The notes under the pieces were generated by a model. That model was given only the letters and a program-made list of their open reading frames with translations. It made no database searches and was not told the origin of the DNA. A program made the translations under genes and the position numbers. Of a stretch of DNA of 64,000 bases, positions 36,138-56,200 are shown in pieces. Location of the stretch: contig NC_058133.1 in NCBI RefSeq assembly GCF_016433145.1, positions 257,039,560 to 257,103,559 of the forward strand. The letters run 5' to 3'. Each line of letters opens with the position of its first letter. Within the stretch, counting starts at the first letter, position 1. The DNA comes from Gracilinanus agilis (Eukaryota).

Positions 36138-37193
36138 ATGAATTCTGAAATCTTCTGGATCCTGCTAAGTATGCTGTTGGGGAAGACCCTAGGTGAGGAG
36201 GGAGATCCAAGGATATGGTTCTCCCAACCCCCTACTTTACCTCTTCCCATCTCCCTGTCCCTCCTCTTTTCCCAAGGACTGGGGTATTTGGGTCCCTAGC
36301 TCACCTTTTCCCTGTCTTTGGGTCAGGCAATCGAATGCGATGTTATGACTGTAGTCCAGATGGTCCCTGCTCTGAAACCATAAGGACATGTGGGGAGGGC
36401 GAACGCTGTGGATTCCTGGAGCAGAGACTCCACCAAGAGAAGGAGCAGATCAAGTTTCCAGGGAACCGTGAGTCTGTTTCCTCTTTCCACCCCCTGGAGA
36501 AGGAACCCAACTCCTAACTATTCATCTTCCCTTGAAGATCTAAGCATATATATATTCTTATGCTCCAAGATCACACTGCCTTTTCCTTCCCTTCAAAAAG
36601 CAAAGAATATGATAAATTCATTTAGACTTATTAGAATTCAATCTTTCCCAAGAGATATGGGGATTGGGATGGTGAGGGGACTGATCAAATTTTAATAGAG
36701 GCAAATCCTTAAGCTAAATGAATTAGTAATCTGATTCGGGAATTTCAGGCATAAGCTGGAAAATCAGGCAGACATTGAGTGGGGTGGCCTATAACAGGAC
36801 TTCCATACTACCCTTGAAATCACCTCAAGTACACAATCCATTCATTTCACCTATATAAATCATTCTTTAGCCACTTGTAAAGAATAGTCTGGAGCCAGTT
36901 TATCTCCCCATCTTCTTTTCCTCAAAAATAAATCTCCCGACTCCAAACAGTGCTTGTTCTGTCCTACAGCCACAGTCACCCTGGTCCATCACCGCCCTAC
37001 CTGTGTAGCAGTCCATCGATGTGAACAGGAGGAAATAGAGTTGGTGGGTGGTGTGCCCTACACCTCCCACAGTAGCTGTTGCCATGGTGATCTCTGCAAT
37101 GGTGCTGCAGCTACAATGGTTCCTAGCATGGCCTTGTCTACTTTGGTGGTCAGCACCCTGGCCTGGATCCTTCCAGGACTATGGGGAGGGTAA
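36138..37193 (+). CDS. LY6G6D: Lymphocyte antigen 6 family member G6D, GPI-anchored LU-domain protein, 139 aa
   Basis: Exons 36138-36192 (MNSEIFWILLSMLLGKTL), 36327-36467 (GNRMRCYDC...EQIKFPGN), 36970-37193 (PTVTLVHHRPTC...CCHGDLCN...LPGLWGG*). It has the Ly6/uPAR Cys pattern and a hydrophobic GPI tail. TATATAA at 36066 and ATTAAA at 37251. Confidence 0.93.
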
Positions 37194-38800
37194 TGCATTG
37201 CTCTATGGGCAATGGAGTGAGTGGGGCTAGGATGCCATCTTCCAATGTCTATTAAACTCTACTGACTGATTTACAGCTGAGTCGAAAATTCACATTGTGT
37301 GATAGAAGTCGGGGAGAAATATGAGGGAAGAAAATGGAAATAGGGCTTGGAGGCCTCAGAAAATGATCACATCTCAGCATCCAGAGACCCTAAGAGATGA
37401 TGAGGGCACCTAGAGGGTCTCAGACTCCCTAAGACAAGGTATGTGGATGGTAAGAGAGACTCTGAGTGCTCAGTGAGGGTGATGGAGGCCTTCCGAGAGC
37501 AAACAATCTGGGTCTCTTCTTACATCAACACACACACACCTTAATAAGGCAAGTTTGTTTGGAACTCAAGGAAGACAAAAACAGATAGAAGGGGCTTCTA
37601 TTAAGGACATATTTCCCAGGTCTGAGACCTTCTCCTAAAAAACTAAGCCAGTCTCAGAGTTAATGAAAAAAGTGGTGGTACTGGGGAGAACTTTCTACTA
37701 GATTCCAAGGGGATAGTAGGGGATTGCCCTCACCTCATTCTAATCCTTCCTACCCAGCTGAAATATCAGGCCAACCCCTGAAGCTCTAGGTGGATAGTTC
37801 TCCATGGGTGTGGTCCCCATATGGTGTGTACAATGTGTTCCCCCAAACATTAGGTCCCTTGTGCCAAATCTCCAGGCAATGTAGGGAGGAATAGGCCAGA
37901 AAAACTTGTCAGTCCAGCTCCTCCCTTCCCCACCCCAATCAGAGAAATTCCCTGAGGGAGCATCAGGGATAAACACCTGGGTGTGCACCCAAGGTTATCA
38001 AGAAGTCCAAGGTATGAGGTAGTAATGCCAGCGTTTAGGGGGGCACACCTGGAATCTGTGGATAATAAAGTACAAGATTTTTTTTGAAATAGACATTTAT
38101 TCCAAGGGAGCTGGGCTAGAGTGAGGTTAAGGGAGTAGTACCTGTTGCCAGGGTTCAGGGAATCAGACCCTACCAAGAAGGGTCATCACATGCCTCCTGG
38201 AACCTATATTGAGGACTGTATAAGAACTCCCACTTCAGATCCAGACTTCAGCTTCCCTCCTGAAGAAACCCTGGTGGGGAAGAGTCCTAGGTAGATGAAT
38301 GGAGGTAGGTGAGGGGGGAGGTAAGAAATTGGAGAGAGACAATTCTGGGAAACTGGGGAAGATCTGGGAGGCATACTATAATAGAAGAAAGGATAGCCTG
38401 AATTCCTTGATTCGAGATAATCCCTAAGAGCCATTACAGCTTTAACATTCTACAGTTCCCTGACCATGAGAAAAAAATTAGAAAACTCATGAAAGAAAGG
38501 AGTCCAAAGAAAGGTCATTAATGGAACTACATGAATCATAGCATTTAAAGATGGGAAAGTTAGAAATTACCTAGTCCTGCCCTCTCACTTTTACAAAGGA
38601 GCCCGAGGCCCTGAGAGTCCAAATAACTTGTCCAACAACACACCATTGTTAAGAGAACCAGGACTTCTCACTCCAAATTCAGTGCTATTTCCACAACCCT
38701 AGAATGCAGGAAGGGACTCTAATGGAAGCAGGGATAGGAAGGAGCTAAGAACAGAATTAAGTGAGAATGGGATCTGAAGCTGGGCAAACTCTGGGGAGTT

Positions 38801-39259
38801 TCAGTGTAGGAGCCAGATGCCAAGGCCAGCAAAAAGGCTGAGGAAGCTGAGGTTCTGCATTGGAGAAGGACGGGGTGCACTGTTGCAGGAGTCTCTACTG
38901 CAGCAAGTGGTGTTGTAGGTTATCTCATTGGTCTTGTTAATACCCGGTCTGCAGGGTTTTTTCTCTGAACCACAGTCATAGTTGGAGTAAATCCACATCC
39001 TACCTGGGGTGGGAGAAAGATACAGAAGATTAGCCAGAAGAGACTTTCATGCTACCCCCATCTTCTTTACCCTCTTGAACTCAGACTCAAAGTTCTGCCT
39101 TTCATTCTCCATCTCTCTCCTTTTTCCTCTCTTCTCCCTATTGTTCCTAACTAGTTCTTTCTGTTAGTCTGATTATCAGCATCAGTCTCAGCCTCTTCTC
39201 TTCCCTTTTGCCATTTACCATTCATCCCACCTCCACTCCATTTTCCCTCTCAAGGGAGT

Positions 39260-39292
<33 letters not shown>

Positions 39293-41019
39293 TAGATAAG
39301 CATCTGTGGTCATACACTGGTGTCCATCTGCCAATTTACAGGATTTTCGATCCATACAGCCAACCATAGGGAACTTGTAGCAGGAATGACAACGAATATC
39401 AGCTGAGAAGATAGAGAGTAAGAAAAGTTCTGGGGAAACCAAACTCAGATTCCTGAAGGGAATGGGAAGCTAAAGAGAGGCAAATCATGCCCTGGCAACT
39501 CTACTGTGAATTCCTCACCCTGACTGTTCCAGTGAGATAGAGCCTACAAAAGATATTAGGGAAGGGTTCTCAGCAGGTGTGGGGGTTGGAGCTGCTCCTT
39601 TTGAAAAGATCTGCGCCTCTTTGTTAGCATCTGTCCCCTTTACCTCCACCCCTGCCCTAGTGGCTGAGTCAGAAGAGGGACAGTACTGCCAAGGAAAACA
39701 GAAACCAAGGGAGGAAGAAACAGAATGAAGACCCACCATCAGGGAGAATGGGACTGGAAAAAGAAACCTGGAAAGTGACATGATGGGGGCAGGAGAAGAA
39801 GAGACCACAGGAGAAGAGAGGGAAAGATGGGACTGGACACTATGAGAAGAAAATAGGATGGAAATTACAGTAAGGAGGGGATAGAAGGAGATAAGGAAGA
39901 ATTGATATGTGGGATACTGTAAAGGAAAACTAGAGGGAACTGGGAAGGATCATTATTGAAAATAAGAGTTGCAGACAGAACTTAGAAATTGGTCTAGGTG
40001 ATGATTGTCTTCTGGGGATAGTCAAGGGAACTATGCCTTGGAGTTGCCAGGAGAAAAGGGAGAACAGCTACCTTCAAATTCCTCATTCTGAACTGCCCCA
40101 CAATCTGAAGAATGGAATTGAATGGAGATAATCACCTAAGTAGTCCCTTAGAATATTCTAGAAATGGAAGCAGAGTAAACTCAAAAATCTTTGCCCAAGC
40201 TCTACTCCTCAGCTAATTCCAGGCTTCTGATGAGAAATTACCTCATTGGGGTGGGGTACTTGGGAGTCTGATACTTAGAGAGGTTGACTACCTGGATCCC
40301 ACGCTGAGCAGGGAGTATGTGAAATGAAAGCCCACTTGCTCCCCACCCAAAAAATGATTTGACTCAGGTATCCCCCTCCACAACTATGACAATATCATCC
40401 AGAAGGGTCCTAGGTGACTGAGAATCTAAAAGCTATCTCAAAGGTCCTTTTAGCCTCAATATGGAGATAGAGCTGCTCCAAACGTAGGCATTTGAAAAAG
40501 TGTAGGGGGGAGTTCCAAGGAGAGAAGGGGATACAGGGGAAACAGCAAGGGTCAGGAGAACCATTTATCTTGACCCTTCAAAAGGTGGTTGCTAGTTCAG
40601 GAAAGAGATAGAAAGGAGAACAGAGAAGAGATACAACACTATCTACCTAAGAACTAGAATAAACAGAAGAATTGGAGAACTTGGTCCTTGAGGAATGAGA
40701 GTTGGAAGAGGGAGGAAGAGATTTGAGAACACCAGGGAACTAAAATATAAGATATCTAAGTCTTTAAGAGGAGTGTTCACTGGAGATTGGCCAGGAGAGC
40801 AAGGGGTTTGGGGGGGCCTGGATCCCTTGAGCCTTAAAAAGAGTGCTAGAGGAAGGGGAATGGAGATCCGGAGCCTGAGAAGCTTAATGCCTAGATTCCT
40901 AAGCAGAGAGGAATGTGAGAGCTAGGGATGGAAGCCAATTGGACACCTGGGTCCCCATAGAGCTCACCTGAAGCCCAGCAGACCAGAGCTGAGAGGCTGA
41001 GGAGCAAAAAGACATTCAT
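38801..41019 (-). CDS. LY6G6C: Lymphocyte antigen 6 family member G6C, GPI-anchored LU-domain protein, 121 aa
   Basis: Exons 40968-41019 (MNVFLLLSLSALVCWAS), 39292-39402 (ADIRCHSCYKFPMVGCMDRKSC...AYL), 38801-39003 (GRMWIYSNYDCG...TYNTTCCSRDSCNSAPRP...GIWLLH*). Matches recalled human LY6G6C. Minus-strand TATAAA at 41095-41100; AATAAA at 38096-38101. Confidence 0.95.
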
Positions 41020-41679
41020 TGTAGTGTTGTTGGAGATGACAGAAGCAGATAAAGATTTCCAAGGATCTCTTGGAAGGGTGAGAAACATTTGGGATTTATA
41101 GTTATAAAGGCCCCTCCCCTTCTGACCCAAGCAGCACCTCCTTTCTCAGTTTCATCTGATTGGGGAGAGAGAGTGAGGATGGAGAAAGGGAAGTCCAAGA
41201 CTGAAGAAATGAGGAAGCCCTTCTCTCTCCAAAAAGATTTTGGGGTCCAAAGAGTGGACAAAATCCATCTACAAGTCAGAAATGTTTGTCCCTCCATCCT
41301 TTTACCTTTTCAAGAGAAAGAAATAAAGGGGAACTGTGCCATCATCAAAGCCCACTGTGATGTCATAGTTCCTGGGGCAGTATAGGCTTTGGAACAACAC
41401 CCAACAGGGTGCAAGCTGACTGGTGAAGGAGTGAATCCAGCCCAGCCCTAACCCCATCTTCCCTTGGAAACGGAGTGCCCAGCTGCTCCCCCCACCCCCC
41501 AGCTCCTGGGGTCCACATCAATTCTGGTGTGGACATCTGCCCTGATAGTCCCAATGTGGGAAGCTTTAGGGTCTGTAGGAAGGGTGAGGAAGGCAGCAGT
41601 GAGGGCTGAGCCTGAGAGATGAATAAGAAAGTTAGGCTACCAAAACTCCCTTTGGGATTGGATGTCCAGGAGACTTAAT

Positions 41680-41771
41680 CCCCGCCCAGTCCCCCTTATC
41701 TGTGTCCCCCAACCCAGCAACTGCTCCCTGTCCCTAGCCTACTTCCTTCCGGTCTCTCTTGCTGACTCAGC
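41680..41771 (+). promoter_or_regulatory. MPIG6B proximal promoter (GC box, GATA, ETS, MARE/NF-E2)
   Basis: CCCCGCCC 41680-41687; TTATCT 41696-41701; ACTTCCT/TTCCGG 41741-41752; TGCTGACTCAGC 41760-41771, ending 35 nt before the ATG. Confidence 0.65.
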
Positions 41772-41805
41772 TTCCCCCCATTTCTGTCCCACCAGATGCC
41801 CGACC

Positions 41806-43638
41806 ATGATCCTAGTCCTGGGACTGTTGCTGCTGCTCTCAGGGACTGGAGGGAACTTGGGGGGTGAGCAGGGTTGGGTAAGAAAGGTGAGGATCGGGAG
41901 GGGAAATAAGAACTGGAGCGGGTAGGGTCGTCCCCTGAATCTTAGGAACAATCCAAGAACAGGGGAGGGAGAGGGAGAAATGCCTGAGTTCTCCATGAGA
42001 ACGGGGTTTTGGGAGAAAGACCTTTGGTGGAAGGTGGAACTCTAAATCCCACCCCCACCCTAATTTTCCGCAGTTCTTCTGGAGGGACGCCCAGGAGATC
42101 GGGTGATTATTTCTTGCACTGGGGTCTACCACGCAACTCGCTGGGCTTGGGCTCCTAGGTTCCCCTACTGTGTGGGCTTGCCTCGGGGCCGCCGCCCTAT
42201 CTTGTGGGCCTCCTCCTCAGGAACTCCCACCCTAGCCTCCACCTCCCCCTTTGCGGACCGCCTGCGTGCAGTGGACCCCAACAGCATTGAGCAGTTGGAG
42301 CTGCGCCTGGCGCGAGGAGATTCCGGGACCTTCTACTGCATGGGAATGGGAGGCCGCCGTGAGAGCAGTACCTCGCTCAAGGTGTTTGGGGACTTGACGG
42401 CTTGCCGATCCTCAGGCTCCACGTCGGGTGAGTAGGGGACAGGTGACCACACCACGGTTTGTTGGGAGAACGATCATGATCCTCCCGGGTGAGAAAAAGT
42501 ATTTGTTTTGGCTGGTTGTGTATCCCCTGCGCCTAGCACAAGGTCGGGCACCTAATGATTAATCGAATGAATGGACAGAGATGGCTTTAGTCCTGATGTG
42601 CGTTGGTTGGGAATAAAAGAAGGGTTGCTTGTAAAGGGGACTTCTAAACGCCCTCTTTCGATTCTTCCCCTCTCTTTAGGGGCCTCCTATACTCTGCTCC
42701 TGTATGCTCTGCTGGGCGTCGGGTTGACTTTAGGACTGGTGGGGCTGGGGATGGCTTGGAGACTTCGTCAGTAAGTGCCAGGAACTAGAGGGTGGGAAAG
42801 CCAAAAAGGGCAAGAGGCAGGCCCGGAGGTGAAGAGCTCGAAAACTGAAGGGCGGGGTTACCCCAAAGTGAGGAGGCAGAAGTGTTGACAAAAGGGCGGG
42901 GTCAAAATTTGAGAGGCGTTAGAGTCGTGAGTCAGAGGCTAAAGCTTGGCTGGGGATGAGGGGAGGGGGTTGGAGGAGGAGGGAGTTGGAGGAGGGAGAA
43001 AGACCGAGGGGGAAGCCCTGACCAAACAATCAATAAAAATTTATTAAGATAACTGTGGGTTGGAGGAGGTGACATGTTAGATAGCAGAAGCCTTCGTTTT
43101 GAGATTTTGTGCAAGAAATTTAAGGAAATGGGGAAATGGATTGACTAAAGATAAAGGAATACATGTTGGTCAGAGCCCCAGATTTCCCTTTCCCATCCCT
43201 TTCTAGGATGGCCTTTTCTGAGCCAACCAGAACCATCCCAGAATACGGTGAGATTATTCCCTCTCCCCCAGCTCTGCCCCCATCCCCCCCCACAAAAGCT
43301 CCTCCAGTGAACCCCGAGACCCAGAGTCCGTGGAAAGAAAAGCCAGAGAAAAGAGAGGACTCAGATGTAGAACAGGTAAGGAGTGAGCTCCGAAGATGGT
43401 ACAGTGAGGGTACAAGGGAAAAAAAAGTGGGTTGAAGGGAATGTGCATGAAAAGGGCCAGACGCCTGAATCCCCAACGGGAGTATAGTCTGAATGATGAA
43501 TCCCTGTTTTGCATCCTGTCCTCTTTTCTCTAGAACCTTCTCTACGCGGATCTGGACCATATTCCCCATAGAAATCCTAAATGGTTGCACTCCAAAGTCC
43601 CCAAGGAAACTGCCACCATCTATGCGGTCATGGTTTGA
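41806..43638 (+). CDS. MPIG6B: Megakaryocyte and platelet inhibitory receptor G6b (G6b-B type, ITIM + ITSM), 241 aa if fully spliced
   Basis: Exons 41806-41863 (signal), 42074-42427 (IgV, GRPGDRV..SC..GRRPILWASSSGTP..GDSGTFYC), 42680-42770 (TM), 43207-43247, 43299-43375, 43534-43638 (NLLYADLDH...ATIYAVMV*). ITIM LLYADL and ITSM TIYAVM as in human G6b-B. Intron 4 is only 51 nt (see findings). Confidence 0.94.
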
Positions 43639-44124
43639 GAAGACCTCATCCCAACATATTCAATGTGGTACTCCCAACTTTCCCTGCTACGTGCCACTTT
43701 CTCACCCCCAAAGAGTCATCAGGAGCTAATCTCGAACCCACCTGGGCCTTGGAATACTCCCTGTTCCCTACAGTTCTCGAAGATAGACCTGAAATCTAAA
43801 TTCCACCCTTTCCCCAAAATGGCCTTCCGGGGCCAATCCAGCCTCGCCCCACCTTGAGTCATTCCACCCCACGGTCCTGCACCGAACAAGACTAGCCCCG
43901 TACCCAACCCCATCTTCCCTAATCAGACACTAACACACAATGAAGTCTAAAAGGTTAGTTCCATTTTATTCTCGGGGAGAGGACCAGCGCCTTCCCTTTT
44001 CCCTCTGCCCTACCCCAAACCCTTGCTCCTACCTCCCACCTAGCTTCTATGCATCATCCTATGAGTAAGCTAACCCTCCTCTTTCTATTCTCTCCATTTT
44101 CCTGTTCCCGCATTTGGGGGTCTC

Positions 44125-46362
<2,238 letters not shown>

Positions 46363-47299
46363 CCCCACTACACACTCTTGCTGTCTCGCTCTTTAATCGT
46401 TTTTAACTTCACCTGCCAGAAGGGAGAGACAACCAATTGAGAAAGATAGGGAAGGGTAGGGATTTAAGGATTTCTGGGTCTCCAGCCACCCCCTCCTGGC
46501 TTTCCATCTGTCATCTTAATTCCACTTTGATCCGACAGAGCCTGCACTAGGGAGAAAACTGCGACCTCTTCCTCCCTCCTCGACCCCCAAACACCTGTTG
46601 TCTTTTCCTCGGTGCCTCCAAAAACCGTTTCCCTCCTGCCCCCCCACCATATTGTAACCCTCTCCATTAGCCTCTCCCCTCCCGGTCACCGCTAGGATGC
46701 GCTCACTCCCTAAATATGAGACGGACCCACCCCCTTAACCCTCCGTTATTCGGTGATGAAGGGGAGACTCCAAGATCAAGATGCTTAGGATTCAGAAGGA
46801 AGTAAGGGCTGCGCGGGGTGGGGAAGGGGAGAGGAGAGGAAAGGCACGAGATGAGTTGGATGAGTTAAAGGAAGCGAAGACTAGAGGAAGGAAAGGAGCA
46901 ATTGGAGGCTATGGAGTTAATCTTCTACCCCGAGGGCCGGTCATGCAGCCCTTAGTGGACCCCAGTATAAATCAAACCGAATCCCACGGGACTGGGAGAG
47001 GTCCGGAATGAAACTAGAAAGGGCGGAGAAAGTGGGGGTGGGGGCAAAGCATAGTTTCCGACAATGATACTTAGTTCTCCCCTTAATCGAGCCCCCCACA
47101 AATTTTCTCCAAAAGAATCTTCCCTTCCCAGTCCTGGGATTTCAGGCGTTTGGCCTCTCGACCCGGCTTACTTTAAGGTTCCAGGCATTAGACTCCTCTA
47201 CTGCCCATGCCCTTTCCCTTCAGGACCCCAGATGTCCGTCCGTTCCTCCCCCACCCCTCCAGGACTATCGTTTCCCTTAAGATCCCAGTCAGTACTTAC

Positions 47300-47760
47300 T
47301 CTCCCGCTCCCCAGCCCTGCTAGTCAGGTCACTCACCGCTGGCTGCCTCACCCCGCCCCTTCTCCCTTCCGACAAGGTTTGGGGGTCCCCTCCCCCCCAC
47401 CAAGTGCAGGGAGTGAGGGGGAGGGGAATTCAAGTCTGTAGGCGTCGGGAGGGCTGTGGCCTAGAATTGGGGTGAGGGTCCCCCGAAGGTTCACTGGGAG
47501 CAGAGGGGTGGGGGCGCGGCGGGCTGGCGGCTTCGGGGCATTGTCTGATCGGGGACGGGCTGGACTCCGGGAGGCCACGCCCCTACCGCCCCTCTAGACC
47601 ACACCCACTCCTCTGGGGCTTCCTTCGCTCCAGCCCATAGCCACACCCCTTCCCTTTCTGGATTTCTCCTTTGGCCCAAATGGAGCTCTCCCCAGATTCT
47701 AGATTTGGGACAAGTCACCCCCATCCAAGGTTTCCTCATGCCCCTGCTTTGCCGACCACA
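47300..47760 (-). promoter_or_regulatory. DDAH2 CpG/GC-rich promoter and non-coding first exon
   Basis: GC/CpG-rich segment with GC boxes and a minus-strand GTGAGT donor near 47336, upstream of the ATG exon. Confidence 0.6.
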
Positions 47761-48264
47761 CATTTCAAATACAACCTGAACAAGAGAGATGAGAAATTAT
47801 TTCTCCCCTTCACAAACTTTTGACCCTCCTGGCTTTTACTTCAAAATACCCTTCTGGAACTCAAGGGTTCTGCCTCCCAACTCTCACAAATAACAGTTTT
47901 ACTCCTTGAATCTGTATTGACTTCCCTCAAAACCTCAAAATACATCTGTCCTCTCCTATCTGATCCAGGCTTCCAACCCCCCAATGCCCAGTTAGGAAAA
48001 TATCACTATATTTTGATTCTGTTTTATTAATGAAATACATTTTCATCCTATCCCCTTCAAAAAAAACACAACAAAATGCCACTCATTTTCTTCCCCGTCC
48101 CATCCCCAACAACCTTGTCTACCCTCCTGTACTTTATTTCAAAATTCGCTGTCCAGTGGCTATCTTGAAGTGTGTTCATTGGGCAGCCAATTCCATGGAG
48201 TGGTTCTGAAAAGCCATTTGTGAAAGCAGTAGGGGGTAGGGAAGGAAAGAAGCTCTGTCCATGG

Positions 48265-53664
<5,400 letters not shown>

Positions 53665-55173
53665 GGCTGCGACTGGGACCAGGAAGCTGCGGGTGCTGGG
53701 GGAACTGGGAGGGGCCGAGATTGGAGGGAAGGTGGGTTGTGAAGTTTGGGGAGTTTTTCCCCCCCAATGTCCTGGGACTCTCTCCCCCTCCCCCTTAGCT
53801 CACCAGGAGACACGCACACACAAACACACACCAGCTAGGTCCAGATCCTCCCCCACCCACCATTCACCCCCAGCTCCTCCTTTACCTTTCCCCCGCCCAG
53901 GCTAGAGCTTGGAACTGATGACTCACCAACCAACCCCGCCCAGGAGAGGGGGGGGGGATGACTCCGGGAATTTGGAGGGAGGGGAATCCGGCTCCCAGAG
54001 AGGGTCCAATTTGGAGGAAAGGGAACCTGGGACTAGGCACTGGGAGCTCCTTCGAACCTGGGGCTTCAGCTCCTAGACCCCTTCTTGTCTCATTTCCTAG
54101 ATTGGTGAAAAGGAGAGAAATCTTGCTTTTCTCCCACTCCATACATGTAACCTGACACCTTGAATTAGGGAGTCTTGGAGAACTGGGGTAGAGGCATTTT
54201 AGGAAGTGAAAGGGGAGCTTCTTTCCACTACATCCCTACACCTGTCTCAGCGCTGGGTGGCTGGGATTGTAGTCTGGGTCATAGAAGTTAGAACAAGACA
54301 CTGGGTCGAGGTAGGCTGGCGGAAAGGTAAAGCATTCCTGCAGAGTGCGATGGAAACAATCGGGGACCCCTATGTTGAGGGGATCAGGCAGTTGAGCTAC
54401 AGGGTCCCATCCCAGGGAGAGGATCCCCTCAAAGGTCTTCTCCTCTTCCCTTCTCTGCTGCTCAATCAGTAATCCTTAGTGTTGACTGGTTGCCCAGGGA
54501 GAAAGGATGATGGAGTGAGTGGGTAGGGTACATAATTGCTTGTGTTGTAAAAGTGTATGTGAATCCTGGAGTTTGCTTGACTGATTCCACACCGGGTCAA
54601 AGTAAAAAATCAGACAGATAAAATGAGAAAAGGTAACAGTGAAGAAGAGAGAAGAAAGATCTTTTTCCATCAAAGTATAACTATGGGATATTCTGGAGTA
54701 GGGTGGGAGGGTGATGGTAACAGTTTACATCCTTTTGAAATAGACTATTTCACAGTGTTGCCCCAGAGCCTGTCTTCCTAGTACATGCTCCCCTGCCACC
54801 ATCCTTGGATCCCAGTCTTTGGAGCTCCCCTTCTTTCTTGTTACTTTGCTAGGCATCCCATTTCCCTTTTCAGTGCTACTTCCTGTTATGCAGAAGTAGG
54901 CAATCTTGGTAGTGAGGAGGGATAAAGGGTGATAAGGTGATAGAAGGAATGAAGGGGATAGCTGAGTGTAGGGATGAATGGGTTGTATGTAGGAAGGTAA
55001 GGGAATGAATGGGAGTATAGGAAGGGCTGCTCAAACAGGATAGTCACTGAGGCTTGAGACAGAGGGTACTGGGAGGAAATAGGCTGGGTTCTTCAGGCAG
55101 GGAAAGTATCTCTAAGGTACAAGAGGAATTGGGCCAGTCAGAAATGTTTAGATCTGGCTGGAGGGTTTTCTCT

Positions 55174-56200
55174 TGTTAATTTCTAAGATCCCTTTGAGGG
55201 AGAAGTCAAAGGTTCCTCCCTGCCAGTGAAATAGATATCTGCAGGAAGTCTCAGCTGGGCACTTCCTGCCCAAGATGGATGCCTAGGTTTCCCTCAAGAA
55301 ATAAAGAAAATAATTTCTTCCCTCTTCAGCCTTTGCCTTAATATTCAATACAATGATTCACCAGAGGCTTTGTGTAGGTAACAAAGGGGATTTATTCATG
55401 TTAGAGGTAAGCCAAGGGAAAGAGGGTTTCAGGGTTTGTAGCTGCTGCTAGGGAGAAAGCTGATGCTGGGGGAAGGGACATAGGAGATAGAGCCTGTCTC
55501 TCTCAGTCAGGAAGGCTTCACTGCCCTGAAGTAAAGTATTAATCAGATCATTAAATAAGGGGTGGCTTGATTTAGGATGTCCTACTTGCCTACAGAAACT
55601 AAACCCACGAAATCCAACCACCAAAACCACCCTTCCTCCCAGGGCCCAAAGGGAAATTCCAGGGAAATAGCAGGGATGTAGATGGAGAGATCAGGGAGAG
55701 GTCCAGAGAAATCAGGCTAAGTCCAAATGCCCCAAAGACAAAGGCACAGGCCAAGGCAAAGCCAAAAGCCAAAGCCAACAGACAAAAGCCCCTCAGCTGG
55801 AGCTTCAGGACTATTTATAGCCTTAGGCTCCAACTGTTTTTTGTGAACATTCTAAACTTCTAACTGCCTGGGCTGTTACAGTTGAGTTTGCAAAAGCAAA
55901 AAAGCTATTGCTGCAACCCTGCATTACATTCCCCAAGTGGAGAAGCTCACTCCAGGAAGGAAGAAAAGGCGTTAGAGGAAGAAGGAACAGAGGAGACAGG
56001 GAGAAATGTGGATGTATCAGGCAAGAAACCAACAGTTGGTGGCTTCCTCTGGTTTAAAGATGTCCCTCCTCTGTTTTTCCTAAGCTTGAAGAGCACTTTG
56101 TATTCTTTTACCAGCCAGAAAGAATGTGTCCCTGGATTGTTGTTCTAAATTAAAGGCACAGGGACCAACCACATTGTTTTAGAATATGGTTTAGACTGCT
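55174..56200 (-). mobile_element. Probable LTR plus adjoining internal sequence of an ERV/LTR element
   Basis: On the minus strand a short purine tract (GGGGAA) directly precedes TGTAATGCAGG at 55928, followed by a TATA-like CTATAAATA and later AATAAA. No TSD found and boundaries are approximate. Confidence 0.5.

Noticed and set aside
37740-38176. Cys-containing ORFs between LY6G6D and LY6G6C as an extra Ly6 gene
   Set aside because: No LU Cys spacing or CN motif, with in-frame stops. Part is LY6G6C 3' UTR or flank.
54500-54590. Possible C/D-box snoRNA (ATGATG...CTGA)
   Set aside because: The C box is imperfect (ATGATGG), with no terminal stem or recognisable antisense element.
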